Origin: an uncultured Gammaproteobacteria bacterium
GTDB lineage: Bacteria > Patescibacteriota > Patescibacteriia > UBA9934
Assembly (NCBI GenBank): GCA_964344415.1
Contig: CAYFMS010000002.1
Span: 128,196-192,195, forward strand
Length of the DNA: 64,000 bases
Direction: 5' to 3'
This document shows positions 1 through 8,122 of this stretch, piece after piece (the first letter of the stretch is position 1; every line of letters begins with the position of its first letter). Below the pieces are notes generated by a model, which was not told the DNA's origin, made no database searches, and saw nothing but the letters and a program-made list of their open reading frames with translations. The position numbers were made by a program, and so were the translations under genes.

Positions 1-127
1 CAATCGATATGAATTTAGAGCGAGCACTCGAATACATTGATAGCGACGAATACGTGGAAATTACTCCAGAAAATGTCCGCATCCGCAAAAAATTCCTCAC
101 CGAAAACGAAAGAAAACGGCAGAAGTA
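1..127 (+). CDS. typA: 3' end (partial) of GTP-binding protein TypA/BipA
   Basis: Frame 3 reads ...[33 protein letters not shown], which matches the conserved TypA/BipA C-terminus. The CDS enters from upstream of the window. Confidence 0.6.
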
Positions 128-132
128 AAAAA

Positions 133-160
133 ATCACCACCAGTTGGTGGTTTTTTATAT
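133..160 (+). terminator. rho-independent terminator after typA
   Basis: Hairpin caccacc-agtt-ggtggt followed by a T6 run. Confidence 0.6.
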
Positions 161-221
161 AGCATTTGTAGCGGCCTGTATACTTTTCGGCTAATACAAG
201 CCAATAATTGGTAATAATATC

Positions 222-250
222 TTGACAGAGGTCCAAAAATATGCTACAGT
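222..250 (+). promoter_or_regulatory. sigma70-like promoter (TTGACA-N17-TACAGT)
   Basis: Perfect -35 hexamer, a 17-bp spacer, and a near-consensus -10, sitting upstream of the GC-rich ORF. Confidence 0.45.
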
Positions 251-402
251 GCATCTCTGTTGCTGCTGCTGCTGTGTTGATTGGCAGATGTGGCGCGAAC
301 TATCGTGCCCTGCCTACTTCTCAACACGATTGAGCAGTTCATATACAGAACAGGCTTTGGCTGTATATGGGTACAATGAAAGGCCATAAGGAGGGCACGC
401 TG

Positions 403-957
403 ATGCCTGACACGGATAATAGCATCATGATCACCACCACCCCGCTGGACCGTTGGATCGGCCCGATCCCAAACACAGTGCGGAAGGGCGAGGATCTGCC
501 CGCTTGGGGCGGCCTTGAGCCAACTCATTGGGGTGAGGGCGGGCATCCCTTCGACTGGGATTCTGGCGCCCACATGCGTCGTGATGAGCAAGGTTGGTGG
601 GTTGGATTGCCGGATCGACCCGTACTGACGGCGGTTTACATTCTGAGGGATGCCAAAACCGCTGGCGCGGACCTTACCGCGATCGAAGGTGTCTATAACG
701 CCGAGCGGATCACAGCCGACATCCCTGGCTGTCCATCGGTTGAGGAGGTGGACATCATCCACGCGGCCTTGAGTCGTTTGGGTGCTGCGCCGATCTCGGA
801 GAAGGGTGTCCGGCGCACTGCTGGGCATCTTCGCAGGGCCTTGGCGGCAGCAATCAACTTTTCGATCGAAGCTGCACAGGCATACGATCGTAAGGCGAAG
901 GACTGCAACGACAGCGGCGACGTTGTCAGACGTAGTCGCAAAAACAAAAAAACGTAA
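403..957 (+). CDS. hypothetical protein encoded on a high-GC (~60%) insert
   Basis: SD aaggaggg lies 7 nt before the ATG at 403. The product is MPDTDNSIMITTTPLDRW... with no recognisable family. A terminator follows the stop codon. The opposite-strand ORFs here are GC artefacts. Confidence 0.45.
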   Translation: MPDTDNSIMITTTPLDRWIGPIPNTVRKGEDLPAWGGLEPTHWGEGGHPFDWDSGAHMRRDEQGWWVGLPDRPVLTAVYILRDAKTAGADLTAIEGVYNAERITADIPGCPSVEEVDIIHAALSRLGAAPISEKGVRRTAGHLRRALAAAINFSIEAAQAYDRKAKDCNDSGDVVRRSRKNKKT

Positions 958-965
958 CCGTCCCG

Positions 966-1006
966 ACGACCGCCCTTGGCGACCTCGTCCGAGGCGGTCT
1001 TTTTTA
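966..1006 (+). terminator. rho-independent terminator
   Basis: Stem gaccgcc...ggcggtc followed by a T6 run. Confidence 0.5.
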
Positions 1007-1020
1007 TATATATCTCATGA

Positions 1021-1050
1021 AATGAAAGAAACGGCAGAAGTAAAAAATTA
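1021..1050 (+). repeat. degenerate direct repeat of the typA 3' end (compare 98-127)
   Basis: gaaagaaacggcagaagtaaaaaa at this position versus gaaagaaaacggcagaagtaaaaaa at 101-127. The two copies differ by one indel. Confidence 0.7.
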
Positions 1051-1107
1051 ATAAGAAAAACAATTGTAGTCAATATAAAAACCTAGTCTTTATGACTAGG
1101 TTTTTAT

Positions 1108-1191
1108 GGTGGGCCGAGCTGGACTCGAACCAGCGAAGGCGAATGCCAGCAGATTTACAGTCTGCCCCGTTTGACCACTTCGGTATCGACC
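1108..1191 (-). tRNA. tRNA-Tyr (GTA)
   Basis: Hand-folded cloverleaf on the minus strand. The anticodon loop is cuGUAaa, the variable arm is long, the T-arm is GGTTCGAGTCC, and a CCA end is encoded. Confidence 0.8.
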
Positions 1192-1213
1192 CGCAACATT
1201 GTTAATTTAAAAA

Positions 1214-1290
1214 TGGAGCCAACTGTGGGATTCGAACCCACGACCTACGGTTTACAAAACCGTTGCTCTAACCAGCTGAGCTAAGTTGGC
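1214..1290 (-). tRNA. tRNA-Thr (TGT)
   Basis: The minus-strand sequence is GCCAACTTAGCTCAGCTGGTTAGAGCAACGGTTTTGTAAACCGT...GGTTCGAATCCCACAGTTGGCTCCA. The anticodon is TGT. Confidence 0.8.
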
Positions 1291-1499
1291 ATTATTTTTT
1301 TGACGACTTAGCGAGGCTGCTTGCAGCTGCCTGTCCGACCGTAGCTACTAAGTAGCGAAGGTGAAAGCTAAGTTGACGTATTCAATGTTCGTGCGCAGAT
1401 AGTAACAAGTTTTATTAAATGAATCAAGTCTTTTGTCGTTAGAGGCTCCGATTGACCAGAACGATAAAATATGATACATTTTGTGCACATTTTAAACCT

Positions 1500-1575
1500 A
1501 GGGGAGTAGCTCAGTTGGTAGAGTAGAGGTCTCCAAAACCTTTGGTCGCAGGTTCGAGTCCTGTCTCCCCTGCCA
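1500..1575 (+). tRNA. tRNA-Trp (CCA)
   Basis: The acceptor stem pairs aggggag with ctcccct. The anticodon loop is ctCCAaa, the T-arm is GGTTCGAGTCC, and the 3' end is CCA. Confidence 0.8.
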
Positions 1576-1615
1576 AAATCAACCGAATGAATCGGTTGTT
1601 TTTGTTTATGATAAA

Positions 1616-2941
1616 ATGCTTGAATCTATGGCAAAAACCAGTGTGAAATCGAAAGGGAAAATCAAACTCACCAAGGAATTCAAGCAAGCATTTGAAACGA
1701 TTGAGAAAACAAAAAAGAATATTTTTCTTACAGGGCGAGCTGGAACAGGGAAGTCGACGCTCTTGAAATATTTTCGTAAGAAAACAAAGAAAAAGCATAT
1801 CGTTTTGGCTCCAACCGGTGTTGCAGCATTAAATGTAAAAGGGCAGACAATCCATTCATTTTTTGGTTTTCATCCACAAATCACAAAACAAATGGTGCGC
1901 AAAGCTTCCGACGAAAAGCGTGTATTGATGGGCGGTTTGCAGACAATTGTGATCGATGAGATTTCAATGGTTCGGGCTGACCTCCTTGATTGTATTGATG
2001 CATCCCTTCGACTGAACAGAAAATCGAAAGAGCCATTTGGTGGCGTGCAAATGATTTTTATTGGAGATCTTTTTCAATTACCCCCCGTTGTGACTCGCGA
2101 CGAAACTGACCGATTTAAAACCGAATATGAATCACCGTATTTTTTCTCGGCGGATGTTATGCGACATACGCCAATAGAAATTATCGAATTAAAAACAGTA
2201 CATAGGCAGACAGAGAATCATTTTATTGATCTGCTGGAAAAGGTGAGAATGAAATCACTAGATTATGATGATCTTACACATTGGAATGAATGTCATAATC
2301 CCTATTTCGACCCGCGTGAGGAAACGGGATATATTCATTTGACGACAACAAATAAAATGGCTCATCAGCGTAATCAGTATGAATTGAAACAGCTCTCCGG
2401 TAAGGAATGGAAACTCCGTGGTAAATCCGAGGGGCAAATTCCAGATAGGCGCATGCCATCAGATGCTCTTATTGCGATCAAAGAGGGCGCGAGAATTATG
2501 TTTACCGTCAATGATCCTGAAAAGCGTTTTGTGAATGGAAGTCTTGGGACGGTGAAAAAGATAAAGAAAAATGGATTATCCAAAGATCCAATTCTTGTCA
2601 TTGAATTAGAAAATGGGACACAGATCAAGGTCGCGCGGCATACATGGGAATTATTTGAATATACGCAGGGCGATAATGGACCAACCGAATCAGTTGTCGG
2701 ATCATTTAGTCAGTATCCGATTGCTCTTGCATGGGCGGTGACGATTCATAAAAGTCAGGGGAAGACATTTGATAAAGTTCTGGTTGATATTGGTTGGGGT
2801 GCATTTGCACATGGTCAAATGTATGTCGCATTGAGTCGTTGTACAACATTTGATGGATTGGTGCTGATGAAACCTCTGAAGCAAAAAGATGTCATTTTAG
2901 ATCGCGCCGTTGTTCAATTTATGAATGGATCACAGATATAG
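1616..2941 (+). CDS. PIF1/RecD-family ATP-dependent DNA helicase
   Basis: Walker A motif GRAGTGKST, DEISMV, a LPPV motif, and the C-terminal HKSQGKTFD...ALSRCT signature typical of the Pif1/RecD family. Confidence 0.75.
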   Translation: MLESMAKTSVKSKGKIKLTKEFKQAFETIEKTKKNIFLTGRAGTGKSTLLKYFRKKTKKKHIVLAPTGVAALNVKGQTIHSFFGFHPQITKQMVRKASDEKRVLMGGLQTIVIDEISMVRADLLDCIDASLRLNRKSKEPFGGVQMIFIGDLFQLPPVVTRDETDRFKTEYESPYFFSADVMRHTPIEIIELKTVHRQTENHFIDLLEKVRMKSLDYDDLTHWNECHNPYFDPREETGYIHLTTTNKMAHQRNQYELKQLSGKEWKLRGKSEGQIPDRRMPSDALIAIKEGARIMFTVNDPEKRFVNGSLGTVKKIKKNGLSKDPILVIELENGTQIKVARHTWELFEYTQGDNGPTESVVGSFSQYPIALAWAVTIHKSQGKTFDKVLVDIGWGAFAHGQMYVALSRCTTFDGLVLMKPLKQKDVILDRAVVQFMNGSQI

Positions 2942-2973
2942 GCCTTGCAATCGACCTTTGCTAGAATAATGCT

Positions 2974-3222
2974 ATGGGTAAGATGTCAAAATCACCTGCA
3001 CATAAAGCTCCAAAAGATCTTCGGGCTGCTATTGAAGCTTCAAGGGCGGCGACCGAAACGTGGGAAAAAGTTACGCCTCTTGCGGAAGGGGAATGGGCTT
3101 GCTGGGTTATGTCGGCAAAGAAACGGGATACACGTAAGCGGCGTATTTCAATTGCCGTAGATAAACTTTCAAAAGGGGATCGTCGTCCATGCTGCTGGGC
3201 TGGCTGTCCACATCGTACATAG
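2974..3222 (+). CDS. YdeI/OmpD-associated family small protein
   Basis: Basic 82-aa protein with a C-terminal CCWAGCPHR-type motif. Confidence 0.4.
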   Translation: MGKMSKSPAHKAPKDLRAAIEASRAATETWEKVTPLAEGEWACWVMSAKKRDTRKRRISIAVDKLSKGDRRPCCWAGCPHRT

Positions 3223-3324
3223 GCATTGACATCGGGCGTAATACATGCGATAATCTCAGCGCTTTCCTTGTTCGCTTGTTCGTAATAAGGTGAAGTGCTA
3301 AATCAAATGACACTCTTGTTACGT

Positions 3325-3579
3325 ATGAGCAATAAGCTATACATCGGAGGTCTCCCATGGGCGACTGACGATCAAGGTCTTCAAGAACTATTCTCATCTT
3401 ATGGTGAGGTGACCTCTGCACGCGTTGTTACAGACCGTGAAACAGGTCGCAGCCGTGGATTCGGATTCGTTGAATTCAGCGATGAAGAATCAGCGAAAGC
3501 TGCACTTGAAGCTATGGACGGTTCAGATGTCGGTGGTCGAACAATCAATGTCGACTTTGCCCGACCTCAGGAGAACTAG
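3325..3579 (+). CDS. RRM-type RNA-binding protein
   Basis: RNP-2 motif LYIGGL and RNP-1 motif RGFGFVEF. The start is ambiguous: GTG at 3295, or ATG at 3307 or 3325. Confidence 0.75.
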   Translation: MSNKLYIGGLPWATDDQGLQELFSSYGEVTSARVVTDRETGRSRGFGFVEFSDEESAKAALEAMDGSDVGGRTINVDFARPQEN

Positions 3580-3585
3580 TTCAAA

Positions 3586-3612
3586 AAAAGCCACCTTCGG
3601 GTGGTTTTTTGT
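3586..3612 (+). terminator. rho-independent terminator
   Basis: agccacc-ttcg-ggtggtt followed by a T-run. Confidence 0.6.
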
Positions 3613-3652
3613 TACAATAGGATTATGAAATATTGGCTAATGAAAATGTAAT

Positions 3653-4165
3653 ATGCCGCGGTCGAAAAAGAAAAAAATCGTCGTGCGCGATAAAATGCAA
3701 AACTATACATATTATCTGACGGAGCCTGTTGGTCGGAATTTTGATCCAGATTTTAAGCCAGAACTTACTCCGAAAGAAATGCTTAGCATTGGCGTTTTTG
3801 GTGGAAAATATTTCGCCGATAAGCCAAAAGAACTTCCTGCGTCTTGGTATAAAGGTGCGAAGCTATGCAAGAAGGAGCATGATGCTGACCTCAATTATTT
3901 TAAAATCAATGCATCTCAAACGCTCGAGCAATGGCAGGAGAAAGGGTGGATTCATAAAGATGACCCTCGAGGGTGGTTTCAATGGTATTGTCGGTATTAT
4001 TTGGGGCGTCGGCATGAAGATGATGATCGTCAGATAAAACGCTGGCGAGCATATAAACGTCATCTGTCGCAGGTGAAGAAAAATTGTCGTAAAGGCGATA
4101 AGACATGCCGTCCAAAGCAAAAGCAATCATTACTGCATTGGGCATATGATTCGCGGAAAATATAA
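3653..4165 (+). CDS. conserved hypothetical basic protein
   Basis: 170-aa ORF with motifs GWFQWYCRYYLGRR and DDRQIKRW. The family is not recognised. Confidence 0.5.
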   Translation: MPRSKKKKIVVRDKMQNYTYYLTEPVGRNFDPDFKPELTPKEMLSIGVFGGKYFADKPKELPASWYKGAKLCKKEHDADLNYFKINASQTLEQWQEKGWIHKDDPRGWFQWYCRYYLGRRHEDDDRQIKRWRAYKRHLSQVKKNCRKGDKTCRPKQKQSLLHWAYDSRKI

Positions 4166-4201
4166 AAAGCCGACTGGCATCGGCTTGAGGTAAGGGGATA
4201 T

Positions 4202-4459
4202 TCAATCAGTTATTGAGTGATTCACGTCCTGATCGAGATCCATGAATGTCGCTTTAGTGGCAATGATCGTCCAAATTATGGCGAATATCACGATATTGTA
4301 CAAAGTTATCGTCAAAATGGCTGGCAGCATGCTTAGCATTAGTCGTGATGGCATGAGTACCATGAATACGATTACATTGGACATGCTCCACAAAAATCCT
4401 CCACAGACGATTATAACCCATTTATCGACGAGTTGTTTGCCGGGGCTTGTCTGTTCCAT
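4202..4459 (-). CDS. small membrane protein (hypothetical)
   Basis: 85 aa with two hydrophobic helices. Confidence 0.4.
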   Translation of the reverse strand: MEQTSPGKQLVDKWVIIVCGGFLWSMSNVIVFMVLMPSRLMLSMLPAILTITLYNIVIFAIIWTIIATKATFMDLDQDVNHSITD

Positions 4460-4535
4460 GAAAACCTCCTAATATCAGGGTAGTTTATTGACTTATTTTG
4501 TCAATTCTGATAGCATGCGCGCATAGCAAAATACT

Positions 4536-4706
4536 ATGTCTCAAGATAATTTGATCAAATTAGAATCTGAGGGTGACGAAAACGGTGTTGGGAAAGGACA
4601 TATTATCCGATCTCATAAAAACACGAAGAAGTTGAAGGATCGTCTTCGGATCAAGAAATATAATCCTATTGCCGGAAAACATACCTGGTATAAGGAAACA
4701 AAGTAA
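4536..4706 (+). CDS. rpmG: 50S ribosomal protein L33
   Basis: 56-aa ORF below the ORF-track cutoff. It ends ...KLKDRLRIKKYNPIAGKHTWYKETK, which is L33-like. This is a Cys-less variant. Confidence 0.65.
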   Translation: MSQDNLIKLESEGDENGVGKGHIIRSHKNTKKLKDRLRIKKYNPIAGKHTWYKETK

Positions 4707-4740
4707 AAAATAGCCACATCGAGTGGCTATTTTTTAGATC
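4707..4740 (+). terminator. terminator hairpin after rpmG
   Basis: tagccacatcgagtggcta followed by T6. A near-identical copy lies at 4897-4935. Confidence 0.55.
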
Positions 4741-4896
4741 AGCTACATTTGTGATCTATCATTTCAGATCTCCATTGCTCGACACCGTACGTTTATGTAC
4801 GGCTTACTCTGCTATTCGATCTTCAATGATATCTCATCAAATGTATCATGATCATCGGAATCGGGTCCTCACATCTGCACCGATATCTTAAGAAGA

Positions 4897-4935
4897 ATGG
4901 CCACATCGAGTGGCTATTTTTTAGATCAGATACAT
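4897..4935 (+). repeat. second copy of the rpmG terminator hairpin
   Basis: ggccacatcgagtggctattttttagatcag repeats 4711-4745. Confidence 0.6.
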
Positions 4936-4949
4936 TCCGAGATCCGATC

Positions 4950-5085
4950 TCAAATCGGATCTCAATTTAGCGATATTCTAAAATTATAATCGCTCCAATC
5001 GCTAATATTAGTGAATTTATAATTCAATATTCCGCGGAGATCGGATCTCGGATGTGGATAAGTAAATCGGATCTCGGGAAGGGAA
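4950..5085 (+). repeat. short repeats of atcggatctc(gg) and a GATGTGGATAAGT box upstream of rnhB
   Basis: Four copies of cggatctc and a gagatcggatctc palindrome. The perfect DnaA-box complement tgtggataa lies at 5062-5070. Confidence 0.55.
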
Positions 5086-5103
5086 ACATGCTAAGCTGGA
5101 ACT

Positions 5104-5703
5104 ATGACTGTTTCAACACCGACGCGAGCATTTGAAGCAAAAGTATTAGAGGAGGGTTATCGCTTTGTCGTTGGGGTTGATGAAGCGGGCGCAGGTGCGC
5201 TCGCCGGCCCCGTAGTGGCAGGTGCCGTCATCTTACATCCAACAGAGTCTGTCACGGGATTGCAAGATTCAAAAAAGCTCAGTGCAAAAAAGCGCGAGGA
5301 ATTATATTCGGCTATTTTAAAATATTCAGTGGCATGGGCTTTTGGTATGGCAACAGTCGAGGAAATTATGTTGCATGGAATCCGCCCAGCAAATTATCTC
5401 GCCATGCGCCGCGCTATAGAAAAAATTGAACAGGCAGAATATGCCCTCGTCGATGCATGGACAATTCCGTCACTTCACATACCTCAACTTGGAATCATAA
5501 GAGGCGACCAACAGGTCGAATCGATTGCAGCCGCTTCAATTATTGCAAAAGTAACACGCGATCGCATGATGATGGATTATCATGCACGCTACCCGATATA
5601 TGGTTTCGATAGCCATAAAGGGTATGGCACTCGCAAGCACCGTGAAGCTATTGAAAAGCATGGGCCATCACCGGTGCATCGAATGAATTTCACATTATAT
5701 TAA
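5104..5703 (+). CDS. rnhB: ribonuclease HII
   Basis: Motifs GVDEAGAGALAGPVV and DSKKLS. Confidence 0.85.
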   Translation: MTVSTPTRAFEAKVLEEGYRFVVGVDEAGAGALAGPVVAGAVILHPTESVTGLQDSKKLSAKKREELYSAILKYSVAWAFGMATVEEIMLHGIRPANYLAMRRAIEKIEQAEYALVDAWTIPSLHIPQLGIIRGDQQVESIAAASIIAKVTRDRMMMDYHARYPIYGFDSHKGYGTRKHREAIEKHGPSPVHRMNFTLY

Positions 5704-5704
5704 T

Positions 5705-5953
5705 ATGGGGCATCTTTCCGCAGAGCAGCTTGAGCAGAAATTGACAGATGCAAGAGGGGTGGTGACTGTCGGAAAAAAGTATCGACATTATAAAACTCGC
5801 GGAATATATATTATCGAGGATATTGTTTTATCTGAAAAAGATGAGGATATTTTGGTCGTGTACGCGAATACAGAAAATGGATTGAAATGGGCGAGGCCGC
5901 TTTCCAGCTTCACCGAGAAAGTCGACGGCCAATCCCGATTCGAAATGGTATAA
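5705..5953 (+). CDS. DUF1653-like small protein
   Basis: 82 aa with the motif YANTENGLKWARP. Confidence 0.4.
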   Translation: MGHLSAEQLEQKLTDARGVVTVGKKYRHYKTRGIYIIEDIVLSEKDEDILVVYANTENGLKWARPLSSFTEKVDGQSRFEMV

Positions 5954-5962
5954 TCCTGCTGT

Positions 5963-6685
5963 ATGAATATGAAATCTTGCTATTTCGCGACAGCTGATGA
6001 AATGGCGGAGCTCGACCGACTTGCCGTTGAGTCTGGTTTAGAAATTCGGCAAATGATGGAGCTTGCGGGATGGCATATGCTGGCGGTATTGCGGCGGCTG
6101 CGAATTAAAAAGAACAAGAGAATTGTCATTGTTGCAGGGGAGGGGAATAAGGGTGGTGATGGGCTGTCTGCAGCTCGTCATCTTTTAAATTCGGGTTATT
6201 CTGTTCAGATTATTCTCGTCGGCGATCGTCGGAAAATGAAAAAAGATGCGAGGCATCATTTAAAAATGGCTGATCGCATGAATATCCCTATTTGGTATTG
6301 GAAGGCGGAATCATCGCGCTGCGTGGAAATTCTCGGCATGTCCGATGTGATCATTGATGCGATGATTGGGTATCGATTGAAAGGATCACCGCGGGCGCCG
6401 TTTCGAGATGTGATTGAGGGAATCCAACTGCAAAAATCAAAGGTTATTTCATATGATTTACCGACCGGCATTGACCCGACAACGGGAATTCCAACGGCGG
6501 CATTTGTGCATGCGGATGCAACATTGACATTGGCACTTCCCAAAAAACTATTTCAAGCAAAAGAGGCTCGCAAGCATTCTGGAAGGATTTTTATAGCCGA
6601 TATCGGCATTCCGTCGATTGTTTATGATCAAATCCATGCGAGGAGCCGGCCACATTTCCGCAGCGGCGGAATGATTGAGCTTTGA
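5963..6685 (+). CDS. nnrE: NAD(P)H-hydrate epimerase (YjeF N-terminal domain)
   Basis: GEGNKGGDG motif, and DLPTGID within the Rossmann-like YjeF_N fold. Confidence 0.7.
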   Translation: MNMKSCYFATADEMAELDRLAVESGLEIRQMMELAGWHMLAVLRRLRIKKNKRIVIVAGEGNKGGDGLSAARHLLNSGYSVQIILVGDRRKMKKDARHHLKMADRMNIPIWYWKAESSRCVEILGMSDVIIDAMIGYRLKGSPRAPFRDVIEGIQLQKSKVISYDLPTGIDPTTGIPTAAFVHADATLTLALPKKLFQAKEARKHSGRIFIADIGIPSIVYDQIHARSRPHFRSGGMIEL

Positions 6686-6928
6686 TTACTTTCGCACCAA
6701 GAAAAATAAATACACGATAAGGGCAGTTACAAAAGCAAGAATGTGAACTTGGGGAATTTCGAGTATTCCTGGGATGAAATGCTCAAGATCGAGGATATTA
6801 AAATAATTGAGATGCATGATTTCTTTTGTTCTGATCGCATGAATTGCGAGAAGTATCATGTGAGCGCCCGCAGATAGCAGCATTGTTTTGAAGAGTGCAT
6901 CGATATACTTATTTTTGTGCATTTTCAT
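6686..6928 (-). CDS. small hydrophobic hypothetical protein
   Basis: 80-aa ORF supported by compositional signal only. Confidence 0.25.
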   Translation of the reverse strand: MKMHKNKYIDALFKTMLLSAGAHMILLAIHAIRTKEIMHLNYFNILDLEHFIPGILEIPQVHILAFVTALIVYLFFLVRK

Positions 6929-7164
6929 ACAGCCGTATTATAGCAAGTTCACTTGACTGGAGTGTGATTCACGGTTATCCTTTTGCTACATTTCGAATTA
7001 GCAAGCTGTCGTCGATTGCAATTTGATGTACTTACACTACGTCAGAATAGTAAAGTCTGTTGAGTACAAGGCGCGGGTGGTGGTCGAGGAGCCGTATTTA
7101 AACATACGGTGACGAAGACCGACGGGTCCCGCAACGCCGTAATCAGCAGACTTGGACTATTCTA

Positions 7165-7240
7165 GCCGCCGTAGCTCAGTTGGTAGAGCGCATCCATGGT
7201 AAGGATGAGGTCACCAGTTCAATCCTGGTCGGTGGCTCCA
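7165..7240 (+). tRNA. tRNA-Thr (GGT)
   Basis: Sequence GCCGCCGTAGCTCAGTTGGTAGAGC...atGGTaa...GGTTCAATCC...GGCTCCA with a hand-folded cloverleaf. Confidence 0.8.
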
Positions 7241-7244
7241 ACAA

Positions 7245-7268
7245 AGCCCGTCTTCTGACGGGTTTTGT
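7245..7268 (+). terminator. terminator after tRNA-Thr
   Basis: Stem cccgtc-ttct-gacggg followed by a T-run. Confidence 0.55.
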
Positions 7269-7408
7269 TGTCTCCTGAATATGATAAAGGGTTTCCGGCA
7301 ACGCCGGACCAGGCTCCGCCTGGCAAGCCCCGACGGTGGCTCCATCACGAATATGTGAATAGATCAGGGGTTCCCCCTGTTTTTTAATAGATCAGCTTTC
7401 AACTTTGT

Positions 7409-7440
7409 AAAAATAAAAAACCGAGGCGGCGATGCCTCGG
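7409..7440 (-). terminator. minus-strand rho-independent terminator
   Basis: Stem ccgaggc-ggcgat-gcctcgg with an A-run on the plus strand, which is a T-run on the minus strand. Confidence 0.55.
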
Positions 7441-7473
7441 ATCATGGGTGAAGATGCTGTAAGGCGGCGGGAG

Positions 7474-7650
7474 TTACCGGCCATGATCTTCAACGATTGC
7501 CGTGCCTGCGCAGCTACATTCCTGCACATAGCTCGTGAACAGAAAGAGGGCCAGGGTGAAGATCACGACGAGCGCTCGACCCTTACCGCCACTGCCTTTA
7601 TGATCTTGTTGATCATCCCAGTTCGCAAGATTATTGTCTGAACTCAACAC
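7474..7650 (-). CDS. possible small membrane protein (GTG or TTG start)
   Basis: Reads ...DNNLANWDDQQDHKGSGGKGRALVVIFTLALFLFTSYV... A GGAGG sits just upstream. The region is GC-rich and open on both strands, so the call is uncertain. Confidence 0.2.
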   Translation of the reverse strand: MLSSDNNLANWDDQQDHKGSGGKGRALVVIFTLALFLFTSYVQECSCAGTAIVEDHGR

Positions 7651-7687
7651 ACCTCCATTATTCGTAGCCTGAGATTACCACTTCTAC

Positions 7688-8062
7688 TTACTTTTTTCTA
7701 TACTTGGCTGTCTTTTTTGCAATTTTTCCCGGCTGTTTTACCCATTGTTTTCCAGATTTAGTACCTTTATTTTTTGCTCGACTTGTTGCCGCCTTTTCTC
7801 CTGGTTTCAATGCTTCACGAGCTTTTTTGGGCAAGTATCGACTCTCGCCATCTTTCCCAACATATCCCCAATCCTCATCAGTCCATTTTGCTAAATCATT
7901 ATCTTCAGATTTTGATCCAATGTATTCACCCCCGCGGTCTTTATATAACTTAACTGCATATTGCATGGCTCGAGCTGAAAATTTACCATCCATTTTCTTG
8001 ATGGCGTCTTTTTTACACTTTTCCCATAATTCTGGATCCTTGCGTTCCGCTGTTTTTGACAT
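7688..8062 (-). CDS. lysine-rich hypothetical protein
   Basis: 124 aa, MSKTAERKDPELWEKCKKDAIKK...KWTDEDWGYVG. The family is not recognised. Confidence 0.5.
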   Translation of the reverse strand: MSKTAERKDPELWEKCKKDAIKKMDGKFSARAMQYAVKLYKDRGGEYIGSKSEDNDLAKWTDEDWGYVGKDGESRYLPKKAREALKPGEKAATSRAKNKGTKSGKQWVKQPGKIAKKTAKYRKK

Positions 8063-8122
8063 ATTAAATATTATACCGCAGATATTGCTTGTTCTTGTGC
8101 GAATTGCTAATCTTGAATCAAT

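Noticed and set aside
244-1073. Overlapping ORFs 244..828(-), 693..1073(-), 782..1051(+) and the 5' extension 367..402
   Set aside because: High GC removes stop codons on all frames. Only the + strand ORF has a promoter, an SD 7 nt before the ATG at 403, and a downstream terminator.
7432-7641. Plus-strand ORF MPRIMGEDAVRR...
   Set aside because: Its start lies inside the minus-strand terminator hairpin, there is no SD, and the region is GC-rich. The minus-strand small ORF is only marginally better, so both are kept at low confidence or rejected.
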